The translations under genes and the position numbers were made by a program. Of a stretch of 64,000 nt of DNA, positions 10,015 to 20,348 are shown piece after piece. The stretch is from Candidatus Kaiserbacteria bacterium. GTDB lineage: Bacteria; Patescibacteriota; Minisyncoccia; Phycocordibacterales; UBA918. The first letter of the stretch is position 1, and the number at the start of each line of letters is the position of its first letter. The stretch spans positions 33,178-97,177 of the forward strand of contig JACQKD010000008.1 of NCBI GenBank assembly GCA_016204695.1. The letters are read 5' to 3'. The notes under the pieces are model-generated. The model was not told the origin of the DNA and did not search any database. It saw only the letters and a program-made list of their open reading frames with translations.

Positions 10015-12927
10015 ATGCTTCAACAAATTAAAAAAAGAAACGGGGATATCGTTCCGTTTGCGACGGAGAAGATCACTATCGCCATGAAAAAGGCTTTTGC
10101 GGCCGAGGGCGTGGCGGTAGATGATGCGGTGCTCGGGCAGATGACTGATCGAGTGACGGCAAAGCTTGATTCCATGATTGCGCCGGAGGTACTTCCGACT
10201 GTTGAGCATGTGCAAGATCTTGTCGAAGAGACGCTGATGGAGCGCGGGTATTTCCGCGTCGCAAAACACTATATTCTGTACCGGTTCGAGCACACCAAGG
10301 AGCGCAAGGAACAGGTCGCCAAAGAGATCAAAGAACACCGTCTGACGGTCGAAAAACGCGACGGTACGAGAGAACTGTTCTCGCCGGAGAAGGCGCGTGC
10401 GTCACTTGCCGCGTTTATCCGCGGTTACGAGCAGGACATCAATCTCGAAGAGATTGTCGGACAGATTGAGCTTGAAGTGTACGACGGGATTAAAACCGAC
10501 GAACTCGCGCGGCTGATAACGTCGGTACTGCGCTCGCGCATTGAGCGCGATCCGGCGTATTCGATCGTGGCGGCGCGCCAACTCTGTGCCCGTCTCTATA
10601 AGGAAGCGATAGGGAAAGACGCATTGTCGGAGCAGGAGTTTGCGGGGGCCTATCGCGAGGCGTTTGTGCGCAATATCAAAACCGCGGTCGCCGAGAAAAA
10701 GCTCGACGAGCGCCTACTCTCGTATGATCTTGAGAAAATGTCTGCGGCGCTTGTGCCGGAGCGCGACGATTTGCTTCGGTATCTCGGTATTGAGACGCTC
10801 AACGACCGCTATTTCATTCGCGACAAACAGAAACGCTCTCTTGAGACGCCGCAATATATGTGGATGCGCGTGGCCCTGGGTCTGGCGCTCAACGAAGCCG
10901 ACAAAGAGACCCGAGCGTTTGAATTCTACAATGTCATGTCGTCGCTCTCTTTCGTGCCGTCGACGCCGACTCTGTTCCATGCCGGCACACCGCATCCACA
11001 GCTTTCCTCCTGCTATCTCAATACGGTTGAAGACGATCTTAACCATATTTTCAAAGTATTCGGTGACAATGCCCAGCTCTCGAAATGGGCGGGCGGCGTC
11101 GGCACCGACTGGACCAATATCCGCGGCACGGGATCTCTCATTAAAAGCGCGGGTATCACGTCGCAGGGCGTGGTGCCGTTCTTAAAAATCGCCAATGACG
11201 TGACAGTCGCGATCAATCGCTCGGGTCGACGGCGCGGCGCGACCTGCGTCTACCTCGAAAATTGGCACTATGATTTTGAGGATTTCCTCGAGCTTCGCAA
11301 GAACACCGGCGACGAGCGCCGGCGAACGCACGATATGGATACCGCCTCATGGGTGTCGGACCTGTTTATGAAACGTGTGCGTGCGGACGGGGAGTGGACG
11401 CTGTTTTCGCCGGAAGAAGCGGAAGGTCTCCATGAGACGTACGGCAGGGAATTCGAAGCGCTCTATCGCAAGTACGAAGATATGGCGTCGCGAGGTGAGA
11501 TCAAACTGTTTAAAAAGACGAAGGCTCGTGACCTGTGGAAGAAGATGCTCGGCATGCTTTTCGAGACCGGGCATCCGTGGATCACCTGGAAGGATCCGTC
11601 GAACATCCGCTCGCCGCAGGATCACGTGGGTGTGGTGCACAACTCCAATCTGTGCACCGAGATTACGCTGAACACTTCCGCGGAGGAGACGGCCGTCTGC
11701 AATCTCGGCTCGATCAACTTCGCGCGGCACGTCACTGACGGCGCGTTTGACGAAACCAAGGTGAAGGCGACGGTGAAAACCGCCCTGCGCATGCTCGACA
11801 ATGTGATTGATCTCAATTTTTATCCGACCAAGGAAGCCGAGACGTCAAACATGCGCCATCGTCCCGTGGGGCTCGGTATCATGGGCTTTCACGACGCGCT
11901 CTATCAGCTCGGCATCAATTTCGCATCGCCCGCGGCCGTGGAATTTGCTGACAGTTCGACGGAAATCGTTTCGTATTACGCGATACTTTCCTCCTCCGAG
12001 CTCGCGGGCGAACGGGGCGCATATCGGAGCTTTAAAGGATCGAAATGGGACCGCGGGATACTTCCGGTCGATACGCTTAAACTCCTGGAGGAGGATCGCG
12101 GCATGCCGACCGGCATCGCCCGTACCGAGAGTCTCGACTGGTCGGTAGTGCGCGACTCGATCAGGCAATATGGCATGCGCAATTCGAACACCATGGCCAT
12201 CGCGCCGACCGCGACAATCGCGAACATCTCCGGGGTAGTGCCCGGCATTGAGCCGATCTATAAGAATATCTATGTGAAATCGAACATCTCCGGCGACTTC
12301 GTGATCATCAATCCATATCTCGTCATCGATCTCAAGGCGCGCGGGCTTTGGAACGAAGAGATGCTCAATACCATCAAATACAATGATGGCAGTATCCAAG
12401 ACATTCCGCAGATCGACCGAGATCTGAAAGAAAAATACCGCGAGACATTCGAAATCGACATGCGCTGGATCATTCGTGGCGCCGCCGCGCGCGGCAAATG
12501 GATCGATCAGTCGCAGTCGCTGAACATCTTTTTCAGCGGCACTTCGGGTGAAGAGCTTTCCGATCTCTATCTCTATGCGTGGGAGCTCGGCCTCAAGACC
12601 ACCTACTATCTCCGTTCGCTCGCCGCTTCGCAGGTCGAGAAGTCGACGGTGGGGGAGGCAGGCACGCATTTGCGTACGAGAGGCGACGGCTCCGTGGGAT
12701 CCTCCCAGCACATGGTCCAAAATGCCAGAGAAGACGGCGCGATCCCGTCTCCGATGTCGACGCTGTCTCCCATCACGAAAGAGGAGGTCGAGGCGGCAAA
12801 GGTCGCTGTAGCCGTCTCGACAAGCCAGATATCCGAGCAGATATATGAAGAGACACAGATCTCGGTACGCACGGGACAGTACCGATTGCATGTCGCGGAA
12901 GATGCGGTATGCGAGGCGTGTCAATAG
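10015..12927 (+). CDS. nrdA: ribonucleoside-diphosphate reductase alpha subunit (class Ia) with N-terminal ATP-cone
   Basis: ATP-cone at the proposed start (MLQQIKKRNGDIVPFATEKITIAM). Catalytic region includes NLCTEI and PTAT. C-terminal tail ends in a CxxC pair (CEAC) typical of class Ia. ATG at 10015 is in frame with ORF 9904..12927. Confidence 0.9.
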   Translation: MLQQIKKRNGDIVPFATEKITIAMKKAFAAEGVAVDDAVLGQMTDRVTAKLDSMIAPEVLPTVEHVQDLVEETLMERGYFRVAKHYILYRFEHTKERKEQVAKEIKEHRLTVEKRDGTRELFSPEKARASLAAFIRGYEQDINLEEIVGQIELEVYDGIKTDELARLITSVLRSRIERDPAYSIVAARQLCARLYKEAIGKDALSEQEFAGAYREAFVRNIKTAVAEKKLDERLLSYDLEKMSAALVPERDDLLRYLGIETLNDRYFIRDKQKRSLETPQYMWMRVALGLALNEADKETRAFEFYNVMSSLSFVPSTPTLFHAGTPHPQLSSCYLNTVEDDLNHIFKVFGDNAQLSKWAGGVGTDWTNIRGTGSLIKSAGITSQGVVPFLKIANDVTVAINRSGRRRGATCVYLENWHYDFEDFLELRKNTGDERRRTHDMDTASWVSDLFMKRVRADGEWTLFSPEEAEGLHETYGREFEALYRKYEDMASRGEIKLFKKTKARDLWKKMLGMLFETGHPWITWKDPSNIRSPQDHVGVVHNSNLCTEITLNTSAEETAVCNLGSINFARHVTDGAFDETKVKATVKTALRMLDNVIDLNFYPTKEAETSNMRHRPVGLGIMGFHDALYQLGINFASPAAVEFADSSTEIVSYYAILSSSELAGERGAYRSFKGSKWDRGILPVDTLKLLEEDRGMPTGIARTESLDWSVVRDSIRQYGMRNSNTMAIAPTATIANISGVVPGIEPIYKNIYVKSNISGDFVIINPYLVIDLKARGLWNEEMLNTIKYNDGSIQDIPQIDRDLKEKYRETFEIDMRWIIRGAAARGKWIDQSQSLNIFFSGTSGEELSDLYLYAWELGLKTTYYLRSLAASQVEKSTVGEAGTHLRTRGDGSVGSSQHMVQNAREDGAIPSPMSTLSPITKEEVEAAKVAVAVSTSQISEQIYEETQISVRTGQYRLHVAEDAVCEACQ

Positions 12928-12962
12928 TTGTAGGCAGAGTTACCAATTACTAAAGAGAAAGT

Positions 12963-13997
12963 ATGGCAATCCAGAAAGGAGCGGGGACAGTCGACATCAA
13001 CGCGCGTCGTGTCATCAACGGCAAGGATGCCGATGTGATCCAGCTCTATCCGATGAAGCACGAGTGGGCGTGGGAGTACTACAATGCGGCCAACGCCAAC
13101 CATTGGCTCCCCACTGAGATCTCCATGCAACTCGATATTGAGCAATGGAAATCGCCGACCGCGCTCACCGAACAAGAGCGCCATGCGTTTGAGACCGCGC
13201 TCGGCTTTTTTACGACCGCCGACTCGATCGCCGCCAATAATATCGTCATCGCGACCTATCGCCACATTACTTCGCCCGAGATCCGCATGTATCTTCTCCG
13301 GCAAGGCTACGAGGAAGCGATTCATACGCACGCGTACCAGTACATCGTCGAGTCTCTCGGCATGGATGAGGCCAAGATATTCAATATGTATCGCCAGAAC
13401 CAAGCGATCTACGATAAGGCCGACTTCATTCTGACCTTCAACGAAGGTATCTTCGACAAGTACTTCGAAACCGGCACGTTCGAGAACGATCAGAAGTTTC
13501 TCGAAAACATGTGCGTCTTCTCACTCATCCTTGAGGGTATCTTTTTCTATTCGTCGTTTGCGGTGATCTTTGGTTTCCAGCGCCAGCATAAGCTGACAGG
13601 AAGCGCCGAGCAGATCCAGTACATCATGCGCGACGAGTCCATGCACCTGAATTTCGGCATCAAGCTGATCAATACTATAAAGGAAGAAAATCCCGAGCTC
13701 TGGACGGCGGAGTTCCAATCGCGAATCGTCAATCTCGTTAAGAATGCCGCAAAGCTCGAATACGAGTATGCCGCCGAGGTGTTCCCCGAAGGCATCTTCG
13801 GGATGAATGCCGCGGGTTTCAAGCAATATATCGAGCATGTCGCCGACCGCCGGCTTGAGCGTGTCGGTCTGCCGATACAGTTTCATTCAGCAAACCCGTT
13901 CCCGTGGATGAGCGAGGCGGTTGATCTCTCAAAGGAGAAAAATTTCTTCGAAACGCGCGTCACCGAATACCGCACCGGCGGCGCACTGAAGTGGTAA
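12963..13997 (+). CDS. nrdB: ribonucleoside-diphosphate reductase beta subunit (class Ia)
   Basis: 344 aa. Di-iron ligand motifs (EEAIHTHAYQYI, ...ESMHLNF...) and the radical tyrosine context. Directly downstream of nrdA. Confidence 0.9.
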   Translation: MAIQKGAGTVDINARRVINGKDADVIQLYPMKHEWAWEYYNAANANHWLPTEISMQLDIEQWKSPTALTEQERHAFETALGFFTTADSIAANNIVIATYRHITSPEIRMYLLRQGYEEAIHTHAYQYIVESLGMDEAKIFNMYRQNQAIYDKADFILTFNEGIFDKYFETGTFENDQKFLENMCVFSLILEGIFFYSSFAVIFGFQRQHKLTGSAEQIQYIMRDESMHLNFGIKLINTIKEENPELWTAEFQSRIVNLVKNAAKLEYEYAAEVFPEGIFGMNAAGFKQYIEHVADRRLERVGLPIQFHSANPFPWMSEAVDLSKEKNFFETRVTEYRTGGALKW

Positions 13998-14462
13998 CGT
14001 AATCTAATCAATACCTTGGAAACGCCCCGCTAATAATCGGTCGGTTTTAATTTTGAGAGTCTTCTCAAACCTACGCCGTCCGCGGGCGGCCTTGAGGTGA
14101 ACATGGACCACCGGCCCTTGGTCCGTGTTCGCCTCGCTCTTTTTTGCCACTGGCTATTTTTCATAAAACGAGTAGGATGATGTTCATGAGCAACTCACTA
14201 TCTCCCGGGGCGGGACCCGTCACGGGAGATAGTGTATACATGCTCTACTGTCCTGCGGGGGTCCATAGTGGGCCTCCGCGTTAAAAAAGTACATGATCTT
14301 CTTTTTTCTATAGATTCGGCATCCCATCTGCAGATGGGATGCCCGGGGCGGTGAGGGGAGGATGCGCGCACCAGCATCCAACTCTCCCGCCCTCTTCGTT
14401 TTTATCCTTCCGACATGTTACAAGGTATTGTATAGTATCTGCATTACCCATCATTACTTACC

Positions 14463-15023
14463 ATGACCCTACTTTATATTTTGCTTGCTGTTCTCGTGAT
14501 ACTCGTTTTGTATGCGATTTTTGTGTACAACCGCTTCGTGTCGCTGGGGAAGCGCTCGGAGGAAGCGTGGGCGGACATTGATGTCCAGCTCAAGCGCCGG
14601 TATGACTTGATTCCCAATCTCGTCGAGACGGTGAAGGGTTACGCGGCGCACGAGCAGAAGACGCTCGCCGAGGTGACCGAGATGCGCACGCGCGCGATGA
14701 ACGCGACCGCCCCGCACGAAAAAGCCGAGGCGGAAAATATGCTCTCGGGTGCCTTGAAAACGCTCTTTGCGGTTTCGGAAAATTATCCCGACCTCAAGGC
14801 AAATCAGAACTTCCTCGAACTCCAGCGCGAGCTCACCGATACGGAGGACAAGATTCAGGCCGCTCGCCGTTTCTACAACGGCAACGTCCGCGACCTCGGC
14901 ATCGCGCTCCAGACGTTTCCATCGAATATCATCGCGGGCATGTTCGGCTTTTCGGGACGTGAATATTTCGAGCTTGGGGAAGGGGAGGGCGCCGCTCGCG
15001 AGCCGGTGAAAGTGTCGTTCTAA
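14463..15023 (+). CDS. lemA: LemA family protein
   Basis: 186 aa. N-terminal TM helix, then RFVSLGKRSEEAWADIDVQLKRRYDLIPNLVETVKGYAAHEQ, which is typical LemA. Confidence 0.85.
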   Translation: MTLLYILLAVLVILVLYAIFVYNRFVSLGKRSEEAWADIDVQLKRRYDLIPNLVETVKGYAAHEQKTLAEVTEMRTRAMNATAPHEKAEAENMLSGALKTLFAVSENYPDLKANQNFLELQRELTDTEDKIQAARRFYNGNVRDLGIALQTFPSNIIAGMFGFSGREYFELGEGEGAAREPVKVSF

Positions 15024-15049
15024 TCGTTCCGGCTGTTCTCTCATTTATC

Positions 15050-16756
15050 ATGCGCATACGGGGTGCATTGCTGTTGTGTTTGCCGGTGCTATGCGCCGTT
15101 TCCTTTTTTGTTCTGCCCGCGCTCGCATCCGCCGAGGAGATTGCTTCGTTCACCTCCATCCTCTCGCTGACCAAAGACAGCAGTATCACCGTTACCGAAG
15201 AGATCGTCTACGACTTCGGCGAGGAGGAGCGGCACGGCATCTTCCGCGACATTTCGCGGGAGCATCCCGAGATGGCATCTTCTTGGTATAAAGAGCGGTA
15301 TCTCGATATCGAAGTGATTTCCGCATGGATGGATGATGCCGAAGTGCCGTATGAGACCGATATCTCAAACGGGAACGTGCACATACAAATCGGCGATGCG
15401 GACAAGACGGTAACGGGTAAACATACCTATGCGCTCTCGTATCTCGTGCGCGGCGGGCTCACCTACACCCCGGAGACGGAGGTGTATTGGAATGCCACGG
15501 GAGACGAGTGGAAGGTCCCCATCAAAGCCGCGCGCGTGGTACTCACCGCGCCGAAGGGCACGCTCGGCGCCCTGCATTCGTGCTATGTGGGAGAGGACGG
15601 CAGTACGGAATCCTGCACCATACAAGGTCTCGGCGAGACCGTCACCTTCGAGAGCAGAGCGCTTTCGCCCGGCGAAGGATTGACGATTGCGCACGAGGTC
15701 GAGCCCGGCACGGTCGAGACGGTCGCGCTTGAACGCATTGCGTGGTTTTGGTTTTTTGCCGTTGCTGTCATTATGCTCGTGATCGCATTGTGTGTTGTCG
15801 TGTATCGGACGCACACGAAGCACAAGATCGACCGGCCGGTCGTCGCGCAGTACGAGCCATACGCGGGCGTCGAGCCGATGTACGCGGGCTTGCTCATCGA
15901 CAACCGTCTCGACCCGAAAGACATCACCGCCGCAGTTATATTTCTTGCGGAGCAGGGGTATCTCAAAATCACGAAGATAGACAAAAAATTTCTCTTTTTC
16001 GACATGAGCGATTATCGCGTCGAGCTTCTGCGGCGGCCGGGGCCGAATGTTGGCGCATTTCTGCCGCAGGCGCTCGCACTGCTCTTCGGAGCGGAAGCGG
16101 GGTCGGGCGCCTCCGTCACACTTTCCGAGATTCGCAAGAGCTTCTCGCGGCGCGTGCGCAATCACTCCATTCTCGAAGCGCTCCGGAGCGCATTGCGCGA
16201 AGACATGCGCGCGAAAGGATTTCTCGAAGAAACGCTCCAAGGATTTCCGAGCGCCCGGGTCTCGTGGATATCATGGACGGTGATTGTCGTCGGCGCCGGA
16301 TTGGTCTTTGTCGGTATCGGGTATGCGGCAATCTTTGTCATCATAGCCATTGCGGTGGTGACGCTCGGGATTGCGCACTGGATGCGCCGCACGCGCAAAG
16401 GGTACGAAGCGCAAAATCATCTCAAAGGATTCAAAGAATTCCTCTCCGTCACCGGCAAAGACCGCTTCACGTTTCATAACGCGCCGTCGAAGCGTCCCGA
16501 GCAGTTTCTCGAGTTTCTGCCGTATGCGATCGCGTTCGGCGTTGAGAAAGAATGGGCGACGGTATTTGCGGATGTCACCATTCCCAATCCCGCGTGGTAC
16601 GACGGCGGCGCGCACGGCGCGTTTTCGGCGGTTGCGTTTTCAAGCGATATGAGTGCGTTCTCTTCGTCGCTCGGAAGCGCATCCGGCGTCTCTGCGTCTT
16701 CCGGCGGCGGCTCATCCGGCGGAGGTGCCGGAGGCGGAGGCGGCGGGAGCTGGTGA
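15050..16756 (+). CDS. DUF2207 domain membrane protein (the usual partner of LemA)
   Basis: 568 aa with a signal peptide, a large extracytoplasmic domain, several TM helices and a Gly/Ser-rich C-terminal tail (SSGGGSSGGGAGGGGGGSW). The LemA-DUF2207 gene pairing is conserved across bacteria. Confidence 0.6.
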   Translation: MRIRGALLLCLPVLCAVSFFVLPALASAEEIASFTSILSLTKDSSITVTEEIVYDFGEEERHGIFRDISREHPEMASSWYKERYLDIEVISAWMDDAEVPYETDISNGNVHIQIGDADKTVTGKHTYALSYLVRGGLTYTPETEVYWNATGDEWKVPIKAARVVLTAPKGTLGALHSCYVGEDGSTESCTIQGLGETVTFESRALSPGEGLTIAHEVEPGTVETVALERIAWFWFFAVAVIMLVIALCVVVYRTHTKHKIDRPVVAQYEPYAGVEPMYAGLLIDNRLDPKDITAAVIFLAEQGYLKITKIDKKFLFFDMSDYRVELLRRPGPNVGAFLPQALALLFGAEAGSGASVTLSEIRKSFSRRVRNHSILEALRSALREDMRAKGFLEETLQGFPSARVSWISWTVIVVGAGLVFVGIGYAAIFVIIAIAVVTLGIAHWMRRTRKGYEAQNHLKGFKEFLSVTGKDRFTFHNAPSKRPEQFLEFLPYAIAFGVEKEWATVFADVTIPNPAWYDGGAHGAFSAVAFSSDMSAFSSSLGSASGVSASSGGGSSGGGAGGGGGGSW

Positions 16757-16850
16757 GAAGCGAATACTTGGAGCTTCGCAAGACCTTGCGTGCCTGTTTT
16801 GGGAGCGAAGCGAACCAAAAGAGCCGCAAGGTGTACAGCGCCTGTAAGGC
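16752..16850 (-). repeat. family A intergenic repeat, copy 4 (inverted orientation)
   Basis: The reverse complement reads ccttacaggcgctgtacaccttgcggctcttttggttcgcttcgctcccaaaacaggcacgcaaggtcttgcgaagctccaagtattcgcttctcacc. Confidence 0.75.
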
Positions 16851-16894
16851 GATTTTCACTCGGCGGATTGTTCCGAAGGGGGTAAAATAGAAAG

Positions 16895-17827
16895 ATGGCG
16901 ACACTCTATACCCACAAGGATGCCAACATTCGCAAGACGTGGCTTCTGATGGCGCTCTTTCTTGCGGTGATTATCGCGGTCGGGTGGTTTATTTCGCTCT
17001 ACCTAGGCGACCCGGCCATTCTCTATGTTGCGATTGTATTCGCGCTCGTCATGAATGTCGGCGCGTACTGGTTTTCCGACAAAATCGTGATTCAGATGAC
17101 CGGCGCGCGGCCCGTGACGAAGGCGCAAGCGCCGGAGTTGTACCGCATCGTCGAAAATCTCTCCATCACCGCCGGTCTGCCTCTGCCGAAGGTGTACGTC
17201 GTGGATGACCCTGCGCCGAACGCGTTTGCGACCGGCCGCAATCCCGAGCATGCCGCCGTCGCGGTGACGACGGGGCTTCTGCAAATACTTGAGAAAACAG
17301 AGCTTGAAGGCGTGCTCGCGCACGAGCTCTCGCACATCGGCAACCGCGACATGCTTGTCTCCACGGTCGCCGTGGTGCTCGCGGGATTTGTTGCCATCGT
17401 CGCGGACATATTCATGCGGACGAGTCTCTTCGGCGGCGGAAGAGACAACGATAACCGCATACATCCGATCGTGCTCGTGCTCGGCATCGTCGGCATCATT
17501 CTCGCCCCGCTTGCCGCACAGCTTCTGCGGCTTGCCGTCTCGCGCAAACGCGAGTATCTTGCAGATGCTTCGGGTGCGCTCCTGACGCGCTATCCCGAAG
17601 GCCTTGCTTCCGCGCTTGAAAAGATATCGTCGTACGCGCGGCCCCTGCAGAGAGCCAATCACGCCACCGCGCACCTCTTTATCTCCGACCCGTTCGGCGC
17701 CGGCGAGCGCAAGAGCGTGTGGAACAAAATAAGCAATCTCTTCGCGACACATCCGCCCATCCCCGACCGCGTCCGCGCGTTGCGCGGTTCGGATGCGCAG
17801 CAGCCGGGCGGGGGCGCAAATATATAG
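16895..17827 (+). CDS. htpX: M48 zinc metalloprotease HtpX
   Basis: 310 aa. HELSHI (HExxH) zinc motif, four TM segments and typical HtpX N-terminal topology. Confidence 0.85.
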   Translation: MATLYTHKDANIRKTWLLMALFLAVIIAVGWFISLYLGDPAILYVAIVFALVMNVGAYWFSDKIVIQMTGARPVTKAQAPELYRIVENLSITAGLPLPKVYVVDDPAPNAFATGRNPEHAAVAVTTGLLQILEKTELEGVLAHELSHIGNRDMLVSTVAVVLAGFVAIVADIFMRTSLFGGGRDNDNRIHPIVLVLGIVGIILAPLAAQLLRLAVSRKREYLADASGALLTRYPEGLASALEKISSYARPLQRANHATAHLFISDPFGAGERKSVWNKISNLFATHPPIPDRVRALRGSDAQQPGGGANI

Positions 17828-17840
17828 AAAATAAACACAC

Positions 17841-17927
17841 GGAGGGTTCGCATAGCGGTCGAGTGCGCGACCTTGGAAAGGTCGTATGGGGGAAACCCCA
17901 TCGAGGGTTCGAATCCCTCACCCTCCG
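17841..17927 (+). tRNA. tRNA-Ser (anticodon GGA)
   Basis: Acceptor ggagggt/accctcc with discriminator G, anticodon loop uuGGAaa, long variable arm tatgggggaaaccccatc, T arm gaggg-ttcgaat-ccctc. Confidence 0.8.
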
Positions 17928-18347
17928 CAACAGCAATTTCTGAACGCTTCTGCGTTCTGAAATTGCTGTCCGGCATGGGATGGTCGGGATTCGAAAAGCG
18001 GAAGAAAACAGTCTGGGAGACTGTTTTCTGAGCTGGGGTCGCGAGTCGTTATGAGCGGAGCGAATTACGAACTCGTGACCGAATCCCTCACCCTCCGCAA
18101 AACAAGGAGACAAAGGCGTAGCATTTGGCGACTATGTTTTTGCGAGAGGGTGAGGGATTTGAAGGACGGACTGGAGCGAAGCGGAAGGAGTCGGGGTCGC
18201 GGAATTTTTCTGAGGATACGAAGAAAAATATCCGTGACCGAATCCCTCACCGGCGGCGCGCTGAAGTGATAATCTTTAATATCTGTCGGACGGAATCTGG
18301 CGTGGTATGCTGTCTATAATTAGCAGTATATTCACTTGTGATTCCTC

Positions 18348-19247
18348 ATGATTACTTCGTTGCTCCAGACAGCGTTGACGCTCTTGCTTTTGGTACAGAG
18401 TAACCAACATATTGATCGTTCGCTTCGCGAGCAAGCGATTATAGTTTCCACACAGGCTATCGATGCCGCAGTGCGTCAAGGGGGAGGTGTTGTTTCAACT
18501 TCCTACCAATCTCTCGTGGACGAGGCGCGTCAGAAAGCCCGGGATGCGCGCAGAATTTCAGAGATTCACCAGCTCAGAGTGGCTCTCGAACTCTATTACG
18601 ACGTCCATGGTGGCTACCCCCATCTCCTCTCGGAATTGGACGGCTATATTTCAGTGGTACCGACGGATCCGCTTACTGGCGTCTCGTACGCATATGTCAC
18701 TCTTCCCAAGGGTTGTACCTCGCGGTGTACCGGATACCACATAGGGGCTTTGCTGGAGACGAACCATCGTGTTCTTATGTCCGATGCGGATCGTGATTCG
18801 ACTCCAGGGAAGGGCGGTTTTAATGGTGTCGACTCGAAAGGATGTAACGGGAAGCGTGGGTACTGTTTTGACATATACTCCGAACCGAGCGCTACGCTGA
18901 CCGTGCTGTCTCCTGGTGAGGGAGATTATTCGGACTCTCTCCCGCTCGATATTTCGTGGACATCATATGAAGGAGGCGATTTTGACTATTACTATGTCAT
19001 GCTCGGGAATACACTCTCCGGTAGCGAGGTAACATTGACTCCGGATACCCGTGTTTCCCAAAAGGTGACTTCTCTGCGGGTCGACGACATTGCCGGGACT
19101 GTCAGAGAAATGATTGCCAATAGTGGCGGCTTAACGGCCGATGAAATGGAGGACGCGTACTACGTTGCCGTTCTCGCAGTCAGTGATGACCGCGTGGGGG
19201 GCTCGACTGTTGCTCGCGCGGCGAGCGCCCAGTTTTCAATTCGATAA
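18348..19247 (+). CDS. pilin-like protein (GspG/type IV pilin-like core) with an atypical N-terminus
   Basis: ARQKARDARRISEIHQLRVALELYYDVHGGYP matches the conserved post-helix region of GspG/type IV pilins. No canonical G|F..IE cleavage site precedes it (MITSLLQTALTLLLLVQ...), so the N-terminus may be degenerate or mis-called. Confidence 0.45.
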   Translation: MITSLLQTALTLLLLVQSNQHIDRSLREQAIIVSTQAIDAAVRQGGGVVSTSYQSLVDEARQKARDARRISEIHQLRVALELYYDVHGGYPHLLSELDGYISVVPTDPLTGVSYAYVTLPKGCTSRCTGYHIGALLETNHRVLMSDADRDSTPGKGGFNGVDSKGCNGKRGYCFDIYSEPSATLTVLSPGEGDYSDSLPLDISWTSYEGGDFDYYYVMLGNTLSGSEVTLTPDTRVSQKVTSLRVDDIAGTVREMIANSGGLTADEMEDAYYVAVLAVSDDRVGGSTVARAASAQFSIR

Positions 19248-19289
19248 GAGCTGCGTAGTCGCGTTTGTGTAGCTCAAAAGAGTTCTTTT

Positions 19290-20204
19290 TTGTATAGTGT
19301 TTCTATGGTTCAAAAGGCGCAAAATATTTTTTCCGCAGTACTTCTGCTCGTGCTTCTTGGGGGAGCCGGGTACTGGTATCAACAGAAGACGGCGACCTGT
19401 CCGGTACCGCTTGCGTATGCGATCGGCTCGATTGACGAGCGGTTTGATCTCCCCGAAACGGAAGCGCGCGCCGCGGTGGAAGAGGCCGAGACCGTGTGGG
19501 AGGACGCTGTGGGCAAAGATCTTTTTATCTACGATCCCGACGCTACGGTGAGGGTCAATTTTGTCTTTGATGAGCGTCAGCAACTTACCCTCGAAGAACA
19601 CCGACTTCGGGAGATTCTCGATCGCAAGGAAGATATCAGCAGTACGATCCGCGAGGAGTACGAACGGATACTGTCCGAGTACGAGACTCTCGCGCATACA
19701 TACGACACGCGCCTTGCCGCATATGAGCGAGAGCTTGCGGCGCACAACGCCGAAGTTGCAAAATGGAACGATCAGGGCGGCGCGCCGAACGAGGTATACG
19801 AGCGCCTCGGCGCGGAGGAGCGCACGCTTGATACCGAAAGCGGGGCGCTCCGCCAGCTGGCCGACAAACTCGATCGTCTCGTGAGTCGGATGAATGCCCT
19901 CGGGGAGCGAGGCAACGAGACGATCGAAGACTATAACGAGAATGTTGCGCAGTATAATGATCGCTTCCATGGCGAGCGCGAGTTTACGCAGGGCGACTTT
20001 CGAGCGGGAGCCATCACTATCTACCAGTTTAAGGACCGCGATGAGTTGCGCATGGTGCTCACCCATGAGCTTGGGCACGCGCTGTCTCTCGACCACGTGG
20101 ACGATCCGGATGCAATAATGTACTACCTCATGAGCGGCCAGTCGGCGAACCTCGCTCTTACCCCCGCCGACCTTGCCGAATTCAAGCGGGTGTGTGAAGG
20201 ATGA
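19290..20204 (+). CDS. membrane-anchored metzincin/matrixin-like zinc metalloprotease
   Basis: N-terminal TM helix, a long coiled-coil-like acidic region, then HELGHALSLDH (HExxHxxxxxH) followed by a Met-turn (IMYY). Confidence 0.65.
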   Translation: MYSVSMVQKAQNIFSAVLLLVLLGGAGYWYQQKTATCPVPLAYAIGSIDERFDLPETEARAAVEEAETVWEDAVGKDLFIYDPDATVRVNFVFDERQQLTLEEHRLREILDRKEDISSTIREEYERILSEYETLAHTYDTRLAAYERELAAHNAEVAKWNDQGGAPNEVYERLGAEERTLDTESGALRQLADKLDRLVSRMNALGERGNETIEDYNENVAQYNDRFHGEREFTQGDFRAGAITIYQFKDRDELRMVLTHELGHALSLDHVDDPDAIMYYLMSGQSANLALTPADLAEFKRVCEG

Positions 20205-20348
20205 TCCGTGCGAGTGGTATATGGGATGATTTCGCGGTTGGCGGACTCGGTACAAGCTGGCGACGCAGGATTGATATGGTACGATATAGTATGAAGGACA
20301 TACGTAGTTAGCCGGCTTTTCTTGTTTACAACATAAAAACATATAAGC

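Noticed and set aside
14339-14581. 80-aa ORF overlapping the lemA start
   Set aside because: It lies in a structured non-coding region, overlaps lemA out of frame, and has no SD or recognisable domain.
16552-16904. Arg-rich ORFs 16552..16890(+) and 16575..16904(-)
   Set aside because: They overlap the Gly-rich tail of the DUF2207 gene and a family A repeat. Their low-complexity Arg-rich translation is typical of out-of-frame reading of GC-rich sequence.
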